Shown: positions 36,500 to 47,157 of the stretch, in pieces
How the letters are laid out: each line of letters begins with the position of its first letter
Numbering within the stretch: the first letter of the stretch is position 1
Origin: a virus
Lineage: Duplodnaviria > Caudoviricetes
Reading direction: 5' to 3' (one strand)
DNA length: 64,000 bases
IMG/VR virus record: IMGVR_UViG_3300037067_027649
Coordinates: 1 to 64,000 of that record
Program-made: the position numbers and the translations under genes
Notes under the pieces: model-generated
Databases searched by the model: none
Told to the model about the DNA's origin: nothing
Seen by the model: only the letters and a program-made list of their open reading frames with translations

Positions 36500-37033
36500 T
36501 TGAAAACATATAATCAATTTTTATACGACATTTTTACAGAAAAGTATGATAAACAGTACAATTATTACATGAACAGATATAAATATTATTTTATTAATCA
36601 ATATTCATTGACAATAAAAAATATATTTCCAATAATATCTCTTTTATTTTATAATGAATTTACAGAAAAATTAAATAAAGATTATATAGTAAGATATACA
36701 TTAATAGCATTATGTTCAATACTAAACGAAAGAGAAGATGTTATAAGATTATTAAAAAAAGATATAATGGGAGAATTTAATGAAAATTTAATTGAAAATA
36801 TAAGATTAACAATACTTACAATATTAGAACTTTATAAGAAAATAGAAAAAAAAGATATTTATTATTTAGATATATTTAAAGATACAAGGAATTTTATATC
36901 TTTTTTAATAATAATGTTTGAATTCATAAAACAAAATAATTTTAAATATATTGATTTTATTAAATATAAAGATAATATAGATAATGTAATTTTAGATAAA
37001 ATAAAGAAAAAATATAATAATATAAATAAATAA
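36500..37033 (+). CDS. Hypothetical protein with capsid-targeting-like leader
   Basis: TTG start; KTYNQFLYD. Confidence 0.6.
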   Translation: MKTYNQFLYDIFTEKYDKQYNYYMNRYKYYFINQYSLTIKNIFPIISLLFYNEFTEKLNKDYIVRYTLIALCSILNEREDVIRLLKKDIMGEFNENLIENIRLTILTILELYKKIEKKDIYYLDIFKDTRNFISFLIIMFEFIKQNNFKYIDFIKYKDNIDNVILDKIKKKYNNINK

Positions 37034-37113
37034 TAAATTATATATATCATTATTCTGTACCTTTTTTCAAACTTCGATATGTTTTTTGACTATAATCATA
37101 AAATTCAACTTTT

Positions 37114-38301
37114 ATGACAGAAAATAATTTTAATAATTTTAGGATTTATTGTTTTATTCCAAAAAAGCTGGAATTTATGGTATCTGAGAAATTTATATAT
37201 CATAAAGGGTTTAAGTTAAAAACAGCATACATAGCTCATATTCTTAATGAAATAATATTTAAATATACATCAACTGGAGAACAAAAATTTAAAATTTGGA
37301 CAACTGTTCTACAACAAATGTATGGTAAACATTATGCAAGATATATTGAATTTTTAATTGATGAAGGTGTAATAAAACTTATAGCAAATAAACAAGTAGG
37401 TAAAACATCAAGAAGATATAAATTAAATTTAGATTTTATAAGAGGCGAAAAAATTAAAAGATATTATTTTTATGATAAATTTTTAAGAAAAAAAATTGAT
37501 TCAAGAAAATTAGAAACAACATTTACAAGTTTATTAGATACTACAATATTAAAAGAAGTTAGAGAAAAATTAGTTAGAGATTTAGATTTTGTTAGTTTAG
37601 ATTGTCAAAAATCATTAAAATATTTACTCAGTATAAAAAATAATATAACATCTGAATCTTTTATAAAAAATTTCTTATCTATAACAAATATTGATAATAA
37701 AGAAATATTTTTTAAATTTGATGGTTACGGTAGATTTCATACAAATTTTACTATTTTGAAAAAATATATAAGACAAAATTTTTTAAAAATTGATAATAGC
37801 GATGTTTTTGAATTAGATATACAGAATTCACAACCATTCTTCTTAACTATTTTAATGAAAAATGAATATAAAGATAAACAAATGCCACAAGGACTAATTA
37901 ATTTTATTGGATTAGTTAATAATAACATTTTTTATGATGATTTTAAAGGAAAAGAAAGTAAATATATCAAAGATAGAGATACTTCAAAAAAATTCATTTA
38001 TAAAGTTTTATTTGGAACAAATCAAGATACTAAAATAAATAGAATGTTTAAAGAACATTATCCAGAAGTTTTTGATTTTATTGTATCATATAAAAAGAAA
38101 AATGGTAGCCATAAAACATTAAGTCATAAGTTACAAAGGATGGAAAGTGATTTTTTATTTAATGTAGTAATATATGAAATTATGGCACTATATCCAGATG
38201 TTAGAATAGTTACTGTTCATGATTCTATAATGTTTCCTGTTAAATATAGAATGGAAGTTGAAAATATTTTTCATAATCATTTAAATGAATTGAAAAAATA
38301 A
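37114..38301 (+). CDS. Minimal family-A polymerase-like protein (palm/fingers only)
   Basis: GRFHT, ELDIQNSQP (motif A), RDTSKKFIYKVLFG (motif B), VTVHDSI (motif C); no exonuclease domain. Confidence 0.65.
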   Translation: MTENNFNNFRIYCFIPKKLEFMVSEKFIYHKGFKLKTAYIAHILNEIIFKYTSTGEQKFKIWTTVLQQMYGKHYARYIEFLIDEGVIKLIANKQVGKTSRRYKLNLDFIRGEKIKRYYFYDKFLRKKIDSRKLETTFTSLLDTTILKEVREKLVRDLDFVSLDCQKSLKYLLSIKNNITSESFIKNFLSITNIDNKEIFFKFDGYGRFHTNFTILKKYIRQNFLKIDNSDVFELDIQNSQPFFLTILMKNEYKDKQMPQGLINFIGLVNNNIFYDDFKGKESKYIKDRDTSKKFIYKVLFGTNQDTKINRMFKEHYPEVFDFIVSYKKKNGSHKTLSHKLQRMESDFLFNVVIYEIMALYPDVRIVTVHDSIMFPVKYRMEVENIFHNHLNELKK

Positions 38302-38302
38302 A

Positions 38303-38650
38303 TTATAATATTTTTTCATTCCAAAAATAACGTGTTTTTAATATTGTTTTTGAATTATATTCTTTAAAATTCAAACAAGTTCTAATAACTTTTTTTATAG
38401 CATCCTCAAACACATTATTATCAATACTAACTACAAGATATTTGAATGGTTTGGTGATTTCATATTCATTATAATATAATTCATTAGTTTCTTCAATATA
38501 TTCAAAATAAATTTTTTGATTTTTTACAAATATTAATCTTTTTTTAGATTTAAGTTTTTTACACCCTTTAATATTATTATAAATAAATCTTTCATCTGGA
38601 CTTAAACGTGATAATTTAATTTTCTTTATTTGTTTATCAATTTCATCCAT
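38303..38650 (-). CDS. Hypothetical protein, family D
   Basis: MDEIDKQIKKIKLSRLSPDERFIY, paralog of 38674. Confidence 0.75.
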   Translation of the reverse strand: MDEIDKQIKKIKLSRLSPDERFIYNNIKGCKKLKSKKRLIFVKNQKIYFEYIEETNELYYNEYEITKPFKYLVVSIDNNVFEDAIKKVIRTCLNFKEYNSKTILKTRYFWNEKIL

Positions 38651-38673
38651 ATTTTACTAATTAAAGATTGTTT

Positions 38674-39027
38674 TTATTTATCATAATATTTATTTTTCAT
38701 ATTATGATACATTATATCAATACCAACATCTTTTTTAATATTTAATGGTACACAAATATATTTATAAACAAGTTTTTGTATATCTTCATAATTTATGTTA
38801 AATCTATTTTCTATATTATCCCAAAAAAAATAAAAATTACACCAAAAAATATTTTGGTCTTTATCATACATAAATAATATTGAAGTTTCTACATGATAAT
38901 AAATTATAGAAGATTGTTTAGTTTCTATATTTACTTTTAAATTTTTAAAAATTTTGTAAACATAACGTTCTTCTGGTTTCATTCTTGAAACTTTAATTCT
39001 TTCTATATCTTTATCTAAATTATCCAT
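38674..39027 (-). CDS. Hypothetical protein, family D
   Basis: Start moved to ATG 39027: MDNLDKDIERIKVSRMKPEERYVY. Confidence 0.75.
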   Translation of the reverse strand: MDNLDKDIERIKVSRMKPEERYVYKIFKNLKVNIETKQSSIIYYHVETSILFMYDKDQNIFWCNFYFFWDNIENRFNINYEDIQKLVYKYICVPLNIKKDVGIDIMYHNMKNKYYDK

Positions 39028-39150
39028 AATAATGAAAATTGTCACAAATATAATAATAAATAAAATATAAAAAAAATACATTTTGCTTTTTTAATATATA
39101 AAAACAAAAAGAATATTAATGATTTTTTACAAAAAAGTAAAGAATTATAT

Positions 39151-39159
39151 TAATATATA
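39151..39159 (+). promoter_or_regulatory. Putative late promoter TAATATATA (second copy at 39092)
   Basis: Upstream of the tail sheath gene. Confidence 0.65.
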
Positions 39160-39192
39160 AATAAGTAAAAATAAAAAATAAATTAAATAAAT

Positions 39193-42100
39193 ATGCCAAT
39201 CAAGGATTTAGGTAAGTACAAAAGACCAGGTATTTTCATCGAAGAAATTGACAACTCATTAGTTGAATTACCTATTCAAGATGTGTTAATTAATTTAGTT
39301 CCTGGATTTTCAAAAAAGGGACCAGTTAATAATCCTGTATATATTGATAACACAGTCGATTTTGAAAAAATATTTGGAACATTAGATAAACAACTTGAAA
39401 ATAAAGGTTCGTTTTTTCACAGAACATCATTACAAATGTTAAAATCTGGCCCAATTTGGGCTTTGAATCTATTAAAAACTGATCCAACAAGAGATAAGTT
39501 AAATTGGAAATCTATTTCAGTATCAGCTATGTATAAAAATGGTACATTAAAACAAGATGCTTATGAAAGATTTTTTAATAGACAAGATTTTTGGACAAGA
39601 GATTCAGAATCTTTTATGGATTTAGTTAATGATCCAACACCTGAAAATGATAGATTATTACATTTAACTAATATGGGTGATAAAACAATCACTGTGTTTT
39701 TATTTAAATCTTCTATTACAGGTTTTGATGTAACAGCAGAAAATTGGTATGTTGGTTCAGTTAATGTACCTTCATATATTGATCCTAAAGATTATATTTC
39801 TGATTATATGGTAGATGTATTAATTTTAGCTGGTGATTGGACTGATTATAATACATTAAGTGTTGATACTACATGGAGTAGATATTTTACATCAACAGGT
39901 CTTATTAAAGAAAAAGTAGAAGATTTTGTTAATGAAAAAAATGTTACTGTTGTAGCAAATTATGATGCATGTTTAATACCTAAATTTAGAGATAAAGATG
40001 GTAGAGATATGTATATTAAAAATGTTATTAATAATGATACTGATAAAACTGGTTTATTCTGTGCATTTAACGAAGATGTTTTATATGCAGCAGATTTTCA
40101 AGAAGGTAAAATTGACTTACTTGGTAATACATTAGTTGGTTCAGAAATTGATGAAATAGAATTTTTATCATATAAAGAAACTTTAACAGAAGCTATCACA
40201 TATACACAAAAATATTTAGATAGTGCTGCTAACGTTTTTAGTTTTACACCTGATTTTGGTTCAGTTGATCAAAGAACAGGTACTTATACAAATTGGATAA
40301 CATATGGTTTAACATATACAAGTGTTTCTGGTCAAACTATATCTTTTTCTGTAGATTCGTCATCATCTTATTATGTATTAGGTGGTAATAAAATAACATT
40401 TGCTTTAACTGGAACATCAGCATATAATATAGTTCTTGATGATATAACAGATAATACAAGAAGAGTAGATCAATTATATTTAACAACAGATAATACAAAA
40501 ATTCAAGTGTTAAAAGGTTATGAATTACCTACATCTGGTGTATTTACATTACCAAATTATAGTGTTAATAATGAAGATACTATTCATTTAGGTTATGTTT
40601 TAGTTGAAAAAAATACTGGTGTTACGTCATTATTTTATACGGGTGTAACTGTTGATGATTCTGGTTATATGCCATTACAAACAGGTTCTACTGGTATACT
40701 TGGTATGAATATAGTTTCTGATTTAAATAAAATAACTATTGAATTTTATGAAACATATGGAACTAAAGATTTAACAGATTATAAATCATTAAGATATTAT
40801 AAAATATTTGATGAACTTGCTTTAAATATAGAAGGTGGTAAAGCTGTTATTATAAATAATTCAACACAAGATAAATATGAAATTGGTACAAATTATCAAA
40901 TTTCAGATTCCACAGCAACATCTAATTGTAAAATTAGTTTATATGTTGATAGTGCAGCTAATTATGATATAACAGGTTTGTTAATTTATTATGTAGATAA
41001 TGAGTTTTATTTAACTAATACAACTAATAGTATGAAAACTCAGAATAATGTTGGTACTACAACAATAGGTGGAAGAATTATGGGTACTGTTGCTAAATAT
41101 TCAACATTCTATCAAAATTTCTATGATGGTGTTATTAATTCATTAGATTATTTTGTTGTTGATAATGTTGATCCATCAGCAAGTGGTGCTACAAGAGTTT
41201 ATGTTAGACCTTTCTTAGATGCTAATGGTATTTTAACTGTTGATTTTAGAGGTAGTAAAGATCAAACAGCAGGTTTAATAACAACATCAACTTGGACAAG
41301 TGGATATGAATCAAAATTAATTATATATTCAGAGAGAAATAATTGGAAACAAACTCTTGAAATTGAATTACCTTTATCAACAACAGATTTTACTAAAATA
41401 ACACAAGTTAGTGTTGATAAAAATAGATATCCAGAAGTTAGTAAAGGTTCTTATTTAGAAGCTTATGTTGATGAAACTGATGTTGATGTGGAATCTGGTG
41501 AGAAAAAACCAAGAAGAATGACAAGAATTGTTAAAACTACTATTGATCCAGCTAATTCTAATTATAAAATTCTTTATACAGATGCACCAATAAAAGTAGA
41601 AGATAATGATCTTTCAGGTAATACAGATTATATAACAACTGTATATCCTTCAATTGATATTTATGTAACTGATTATAAAGGCGTATCATTAACACCATTT
41701 AAAATTCATATTGATTCAATTCCTAACGGTACTGAAACAAGACAAGCTGATATTTTAAGTGTAATAGGTGTTAATGCAACAAGTTCTTTAGCAAAAGGTT
41801 TAGTAAATAAAAATAAAATATCTTGGAGATATTTGGTTGATTCATTTGGTTTAGGTTTAATAGAAAATTCTAAACAAGAATTTATGTCACTTTGTGGTAA
41901 AAAATTAAATTGTTTAGGTTTCTTAAATATGCCATCTGCAAGAATGTTTAGAAAATCTAATAATCCAAGTTTTGTTAATGATGATGGTTCATTAAATTTA
42001 GAGTATGTTATGAATGGTGGAGATGAAAATAAAAATCCATCATTTTTATACAGTTTTGGTATTGGAGTTGGTGAAACATGTGTTGGTTATTTTTTCCCAT

Positions 42101-42720
42101 ATGTTAAGAACAATACTGATGGTGATGAAAAAATGGTTCCACCTGCAGCTTTTGTTGCAACAACATACATGCAGAAACATATATCAACTGTTGCTGGTAT
42201 ACAACCTTGGACTATTGCAGCAGGTTTACAAAACGGTGGTGTTTCTATAAGTGGAACTGAAATGGACTTTACTAATGAAGATTTAGAATTTTTATATCAA
42301 ATGAACGCTAATCCAATTGTTCGTGATATTAGAAGCGGTTACTATATCAATTCAGAAAGTACAGCACAAGTTAATCCAACAACATCATTAAGTTATATTC
42401 ATAGTAGAGAAGTTCTTATTGAACTTGAAAACGACCTTTATGATATGTTGTTAAGATATCAGTGGAGATTTAATACACCTTCTGTTCGTGCTGAAATTAA
42501 ATATAGAGCAGATAAAATCTGTAAAGAATATATGGATGCTGGTGCTTTGTATGATTTTAGAAACATTATGGATGAAACTAATAATACATCTGAAATTATT
42601 GACACACAAAAAGGTGTATTGGATACTTATGTTGAAATCGTTAAAGGTATGGGTATGATTATTAATAATATTACAATATTAGGTGTTGGTAAAATTTCTT
42701 CAAGTGGTTTTGCTGCTTAA
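39193..42720 (+). CDS. Contractile tail sheath protein
   Basis: RPGIFIEEID, PGFSKKGPVN, PWTIAAGLQNG, LYQMNANPIV, YIHSREVLI.LE, FNTPSVR, LDTYVEIVKG. Confidence 0.92.
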   Translation: MPIKDLGKYKRPGIFIEEIDNSLVELPIQDVLINLVPGFSKKGPVNNPVYIDNTVDFEKIFGTLDKQLENKGSFFHRTSLQMLKSGPIWALNLLKTDPTRDKLNWKSISVSAMYKNGTLKQDAYERFFNRQDFWTRDSESFMDLVNDPTPENDRLLHLTNMGDKTITVFLFKSSITGFDVTAENWYVGSVNVPSYIDPKDYISDYMVDVLILAGDWTDYNTLSVDTTWSRYFTSTGLIKEKVEDFVNEKNVTVVANYDACLIPKFRDKDGRDMYIKNVINNDTDKTGLFCAFNEDVLYAADFQEGKIDLLGNTLVGSEIDEIEFLSYKETLTEAITYTQKYLDSAANVFSFTPDFGSVDQRTGTYTNWITYGLTYTSVSGQTISFSVDSSSSYYVLGGNKITFALTGTSAYNIVLDDITDNTRRVDQLYLTTDNTKIQVLKGYELPTSGVFTLPNYSVNNEDTIHLGYVLVEKNTGVTSLFYTGVTVDDSGYMPLQTGSTGILGMNIVSDLNKITIEFYETYGTKDLTDYKSLRYYKIFDELALNIEGGKAVIINNSTQDKYEIGTNYQISDSTATSNCKISLYVDSAANYDITGLLIYYVDNEFYLTNTTNSMKTQNNVGTTTIGGRIMGTVAKYSTFYQNFYDGVINSLDYFVVDNVDPSASGATRVYVRPFLDANGILTVDFRGSKDQTAGLITTSTWTSGYESKLIIYSERNNWKQTLEIELPLSTTDFTKITQVSVDKNRYPEVSKGSYLEAYVDETDVDVESGEKKPRRMTRIVKTTIDPANSNYKILYTDAPIKVEDNDLSGNTDYITTVYPSIDIYVTDYKGVSLTPFKIHIDSIPNGTETRQADILSVIGVNATSSLAKGLVNKNKISWRYLVDSFGLGLIENSKQEFMSLCGKKLNCLGFLNMPSARMFRKSNNPSFVNDDGSLNLEYVMNGGDENKNPSFLYSFGIGVGETCVGYFFPYVKNNTDGDEKMVPPAAFVATTYMQKHISTVAGIQPWTIAAGLQNGGVSISGTEMDFTNEDLEFLYQMNANPIVRDIRSGYYINSESTAQVNPTTSLSYIHSREVLIELENDLYDMLLRYQWRFNTPSVRAEIKYRADKICKEYMDAGALYDFRNIMDETNNTSEIIDTQKGVLDTYVEIVKGMGMIINNITILGVGKISSSGFAA

Positions 42721-42740
42721 TATTAAGTTTATAAAAATAA

Positions 42741-42767
42741 AAAAGTCCAATGTTTCATTGGACTTTT
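42741..42767 (+). terminator. Intrinsic terminator after the sheath gene
   Basis: AAAAGTCCAATG-TTT-CATTGGACTTTT. Confidence 0.8.
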
Positions 42768-42820
42768 TTGTTTTATTAATATAAAACAAAATTAAAACAT
42801 TTAACTATATAATTTAAAAT

Positions 42821-43723
42821 GTGAAATTTTTATTTATGTATAAATTAACAACAAAAGAATTTATTATAAAATTTAAAAATATTTATGAAGATAAATATTT
42901 AATAGATTTAATTAATTATTCTGGATATAATAATAAAGTTAAAGTAATATGTAAAATACATGGTGTGTTTGAACAAACACCTAAAAAATTATTAATTTAT
43001 AAAAAAGGTTGTCCACATTGTAATAATAAACAAAAAACAGTAAAAGAATTAATAAAAAAATTTAATATTGTACATAATAATAAATTTAATTATAGTTTAT
43101 TCATAAATTTTAAAAATGAAAAATCTATAATTAATATTATTTGTCCTATTCATGGTATATTTAAACAATCCATTCAAAACCATTTAAAATATGGTTGTAA
43201 AAAATGTTCAGAAAAATATTTAGATAAAAATAGTTTTATTGAAAAAGCTAATAAAATACATAATAATTTTTATTCTTATGATAATGTGGATTATAAAACA
43301 AATAAGACTAAAGTTATTATAATATGTCCTAAACATGGAGATTTTATTCAAATACCAAATGATCATTTAAATGGTGCAGGTTGTCCTATATGTAAAAAAA
43401 GTAGAGGTGAGAAAATTATTTTTTCTTATTTAAAAGAAAATAATATAGAATTTGAAATTCAAAAAAAGTTTAAAAATTGTATAAATACTAAAAATTTATA
43501 TTTTGATTTTTATATAAAAAAATATAACATGTGCATTGAATTTGATGGAAGACAGCATTTTGAAAATTCAGATTATTTTGGTGGTGAAAAAGAATTTATG
43601 AAAATTAAAAAAAGAGATGAAATAAAAAACAAATTTTGTTTAGATAATAATATTAAATTAATAAGAATCATGTATAATGAAAATATAATAGAAAAATTAA
43701 AAGATATTTTTTATAATTTATGA
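42821..43723 (+). CDS. Free-standing endonuclease-like protein (Zn-ribbon repeats plus PD-(D/E)XK-like domain)
   Basis: Three ICxxHG.F.Q....H..GCxxC repeats; FDFYI...NMCIEFDGRQHF. Confidence 0.8.
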   Translation: MKFLFMYKLTTKEFIIKFKNIYEDKYLIDLINYSGYNNKVKVICKIHGVFEQTPKKLLIYKKGCPHCNNKQKTVKELIKKFNIVHNNKFNYSLFINFKNEKSIINIICPIHGIFKQSIQNHLKYGCKKCSEKYLDKNSFIEKANKIHNNFYSYDNVDYKTNKTKVIIICPKHGDFIQIPNDHLNGAGCPICKKSRGEKIIFSYLKENNIEFEIQKKFKNCINTKNLYFDFYIKKYNMCIEFDGRQHFENSDYFGGEKEFMKIKKRDEIKNKFCLDNNIKLIRIMYNENIIEKLKDIFYNL

Positions 43724-44613
43724 CTGTTGAAACATTTATTAATAAAGCAAGAATTACACATGGTGATAAATATGATTATAGTTTAATTAAAAAAGTTGAT
43801 AAATATGTTGATATAATTTGTCCAATACATGGTAAATTTACTATATTAGCATCAGAACATATTTATAAAAAAGGTGGTTGTAAAAAATGTTATTTGTTAA
43901 AAAGAACAAAAACGATTGATAAATTTATAGAAGATTCAAAAATTGTACATGGCGATAAATATGATTATTCATTATCAGTATATGTTAATTGGAAAACAGA
44001 ATTAAAAATAATATGTCCTAAACATGGAGTTTTTGAACAAAGACCTGCACATCATGTATCTTTAAAACAAGGATGTCCTAAATGTAAAATTGAACAACAA
44101 ACTTTAACAAAAGAAGAATTTATAATAAAATCTAAATTAATACATGGCGATAAATATAATTATTCTTTAGTTGATTATATAAATAATTCATCAAAAGTAA
44201 TAATATTGTGTCCTAAACATGGTGAATTTAAACAAACACCAATAAATCATCTAAAAGGAAATGGGTGCGAAAAATGTAAAACATCTAAAGGCGAAATAAA
44301 AATTATTAATTATTTAGAAAAACATAATATTAAATATGTATATCAAAATAAGTTTGAAGATTGTAAAAATATTAGAAAATTAGTTTTTGATTTTTATTTA
44401 CCAGATTATAATTTATGTATAGAATATGATGGTGTGCAACATTTTAAAGAAGTTAAAAATTTTGGTGGAAAAAAAGGATATGATAATATTAAAAAAAGAG
44501 ATATTATAAAAAATAATTATTGCTTAATAAATAATATATTCTTATTGAGAATTAAATATACTGATAATGTAGAAGAAAAATTAATTGATTATTTTGAAAA
44601 AAATGAATTTTGA
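43720..44613 (+). CDS. Free-standing endonuclease-like protein, paralog of 42821
   Basis: HGDKYDYS...ICPKHG repeats three times; FDFYLPDYNLCIEYDGVQHF. Confidence 0.82.
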   Translation: MTVETFINKARITHGDKYDYSLIKKVDKYVDIICPIHGKFTILASEHIYKKGGCKKCYLLKRTKTIDKFIEDSKIVHGDKYDYSLSVYVNWKTELKIICPKHGVFEQRPAHHVSLKQGCPKCKIEQQTLTKEEFIIKSKLIHGDKYNYSLVDYINNSSKVIILCPKHGEFKQTPINHLKGNGCEKCKTSKGEIKIINYLEKHNIKYVYQNKFEDCKNIRKLVFDFYLPDYNLCIEYDGVQHFKEVKNFGGKKGYDNIKKRDIIKNNYCLINNIFLLRIKYTDNVEEKLIDYFEKNEF

Positions 44614-44617
44614 TTAT

Positions 44618-44626
44618 TAATATATA
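44618..44626 (+). promoter_or_regulatory. Putative late promoter TAATATATA
   Basis: Upstream of the tail tube gene. Confidence 0.65.
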
Positions 44627-44673
44627 TTATTACAAAGGAAATAAATTAATTTTTAAAAAATAATCAAATAAAA

Positions 44674-45237
44674 ATGGGATTACCACATTTCACAAACGTT
44701 GACTCACATATGAATAAATGGGAAGTTATTCATAAAAATTTATATGAAGTTGATATAATATTACCTGCTGCAATTCAAGCTTTACATCCAAATGCAACTC
44801 ATTTGTTATTGGAGAATACAACCGAAATAAACATGCCAAAATATCCATCTTTAGGTAAAGCACAACAGAGATTTAAATATTCAACGAGATTGTTCACTAT
44901 GATGCCAGAATCAACATCATTTGAAGATTTAACAATCAAATTAAATTTAAATCAAAATGAACAGAAACAAATTTTCAATTTTAGGATGATGAAAGATTGG
45001 TACGATCTTGCATGGAATAATGAGGATGGTTCTACATCATATAAAAGAAATATGACAGGTGATGTTATTATTTACCAACATGATAAACAAGGTGAAGTTA
45101 TAAGAAGGGTTACATGTCATAATGCTATGATATACGATTTCGGTGGTGTTGAAGATTTAGTATGGGAAGATACTGCAGCGATTATGGATTTGACTTGTAA
45201 GTTTTATGTTGATTATTGGGAAGATTTCTATTTTTAA
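44674..45237 (+). CDS. Tail tube protein (T4 gp19-like)
   Basis: 187 aa after the sheath gene; WYDL.WN...G...YKR...GD..IYQHDKQG.VIR. Confidence 0.8.
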   Translation: MGLPHFTNVDSHMNKWEVIHKNLYEVDIILPAAIQALHPNATHLLLENTTEINMPKYPSLGKAQQRFKYSTRLFTMMPESTSFEDLTIKLNLNQNEQKQIFNFRMMKDWYDLAWNNEDGSTSYKRNMTGDVIIYQHDKQGEVIRRVTCHNAMIYDFGGVEDLVWEDTAAIMDLTCKFYVDYWEDFYF

Positions 45238-45256
45238 TAGTAAAAATAATAATTTA

Positions 45257-45281
45257 TAAAAGCACCTTTTTGGTGCTTTTA
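45257..45281 (+). terminator. Intrinsic terminator after the tube gene
   Basis: TAAAAGCACC-TTTTT-GGTGCTTTTA. Confidence 0.8.
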
Positions 45282-45337
45282 TTTTTTTATAAACTTTTGA
45301 TTATTATTTGTATATAATATTTAAAAAATAATATTTT

Positions 45338-46015
45338 ATGGAAAAAATTATTGAAAGAAAAATATGTTCTGAATGTAAAATCGAAAAAGATATATCAAAT
45401 TTCTCAAAAAAGTATAAAACTTCAACTGGAGAACAAAGATATCAACCAAAATGTAAAGATTGTGTAAGTAAAGAAATGGAAATAAGAAGAATTGGTAAAG
45501 AAGAAGAAAGAAAAAATTATGATAAAATTTATTATGAAAAAAATAAAGAAAAAATTCTTTCTTATAAAAAAGAATACCATCAAAAAAATCAAGATACAAT
45601 TTTAAAAAAGAAAAAAGATTATAGAGATAAACCAGAATCTAAATTAATACAAAAAATTTATAGACAGAATAACAAAGAATATATAAAATCTTTACAAAAA
45701 GATTATAGAGATAAACACCCTGAAGAAGTAATATGGAGAAATATATTATGGAGAGCAATAAAACATTTAGGAACAAAAAAAGAAGGACATACAATAGATA
45801 TGTTAGGTTATTCTGCAACTGACTTAAAAAATCATATAGAAAGTTTATTTAAAGAAGGTATGTCATGGATTAATTTTGGTGAATGGGAAGTTGATCATAT
45901 AAAACCTGTAAGTAAATGGTCAAAAGATTCTCTAATATCAGATGTTAATGCTTTAAGTAATTTACAGCCATTATGGAAAGAAGAAAATAGAGCAAAATTT
46001 AATAAATTTGAATAA
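45338..46015 (+). CDS. HNH endonuclease-like protein
   Basis: CSECK.EK...F...CKDC; WEVDHIKPV...NLQPLWKEENRAK. Confidence 0.82.
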   Translation: MEKIIERKICSECKIEKDISNFSKKYKTSTGEQRYQPKCKDCVSKEMEIRRIGKEEERKNYDKIYYEKNKEKILSYKKEYHQKNQDTILKKKKDYRDKPESKLIQKIYRQNNKEYIKSLQKDYRDKHPEEVIWRNILWRAIKHLGTKKEGHTIDMLGYSATDLKNHIESLFKEGMSWINFGEWEVDHIKPVSKWSKDSLISDVNALSNLQPLWKEENRAKFNKFE

Positions 46016-46166
46016 AATCATATTTTTTAATTAATATATAAAGAAATCTAATAATATTTTATATTTTATAAAAAACACATAATTAATAAATTTAAAAATA
46101 ATGTAAATCAATAATATTTTGATTATATTTTTTTAATAAAAATATTTGAATAGAACCATTATATAA

Positions 46167-46175
46167 TAATATATA
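46167..46175 (+). promoter_or_regulatory. Putative late promoter TAATATATA
   Basis: Upstream of the gp26-like gene; another copy at 46032. Confidence 0.6.
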
Positions 46176-46197
46176 ATTAAAAAATAATATTTTAACA

Positions 46198-47157
46198 ATG
46201 AATAATAATGAGAAAGAACATCAAGAATATTTAGATAATTTTCTAAATAATACATCTGATAATATACAATCTATTAAAAAGGATGTTAAAAAAATGTCTA
46301 ATAAATCTCAAAATATGCAAGATTCTAATTATTTAGAATATATTAATGTATCTATTGATATGTTACCAGCAGGTAATTTTTATAAAAAAGGAACTCAAAT
46401 AAAAATTAGAGGTGCAAAAGTAAATGAAGTTCAGAATTATTCAGTTGTAGATGATAATAATTATTTAGATATAACTGAAAAGATGAATGAAATGTTATCA
46501 AGTTGTGTTAGGTATATTCATCCTGATGGTAGTGTTGGTTCTTATAAATATGTGAAAGATGCAGATAGAATTTATTTAATATTTATGATAAGAGAATTAA
46601 CGTTTCAAAGAGGTAATTCATTAGCAAAAGATGTTGTTTGTGAACATTGTAAACATGAATTTAAAATACCATTTAGAGCAACACCAAGTCCAAATCAACC
46701 AAGAACGTTTGTTAATTATCCAATGCCAGAAGAATTAAATAAGTTTTATGATGATATTGAAAAAGTTTATAAATTAGTTATAAATGATGTTGAATGGAAA
46801 CTTGCACCACCAACAATTGGAATTCAAGAAATATTTTTTGGTGATATAAAGAAAAAAGTAACTAATGAAAAAACACCAAATGTATCTTTTTTAAAAATAA
46901 TTCCATATTTATTGTATGATAGAGAAAAAATATCTGATGAAGGTATTGCTGCAAAAGAAAAAGAATTTCAAAATATGGATATGGACACATTTCAAATTTT
47001 AAATTATGCTGTTGATAAAATGAAATTTGGTGTAGAAAAATTAAAAATGAAATGTCCAGAGTGTAGTTTGGAGGTCTACACTGGAATGCAGTTTCCTGGG
47101 GGTGCATCAAGAATTTTCGTTGTTTCAAACCCACTTAGTTACTTTACTAAAGAATAA
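46198..47157 (+). CDS. Baseplate hub / tail assembly protein (T4 gp26-like)
   Basis: LPAGNFY..GT.IKIRGAKV.E, DRIYLIFMIRELT, CEHC and CPEC motifs; follows the tube gene. Confidence 0.65.
   Translation: MNNNEKEHQEYLDNFLNNTSDNIQSIKKDVKKMSNKSQNMQDSNYLEYINVSIDMLPAGNFYKKGTQIKIRGAKVNEVQNYSVVDDNNYLDITEKMNEMLSSCVRYIHPDGSVGSYKYVKDADRIYLIFMIRELTFQRGNSLAKDVVCEHCKHEFKIPFRATPSPNQPRTFVNYPMPEELNKFYDDIEKVYKLVINDVEWKLAPPTIGIQEIFFGDIKKKVTNEKTPNVSFLKIIPYLLYDREKISDEGIAAKEKEFQNMDMDTFQILNYAVDKMKFGVEKLKMKCPECSLEVYTGMQFPGGASRIFVVSNPLSYFTKE

Noticed and set aside
39156-39163. T4 late promoter TATAAATA as the general late signal
   Set aside because: Seen before the sheath gene only as part of TAATATATAAATA; the other late genes have TAATATATA without it.
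42721-44673. Group I intron or intein around the nuclease genes
   Set aside because: Sheath and tube ORFs are complete with their own terminator and promoter; intergenic space is too short for a ribozyme core, and no intein motifs are seen.
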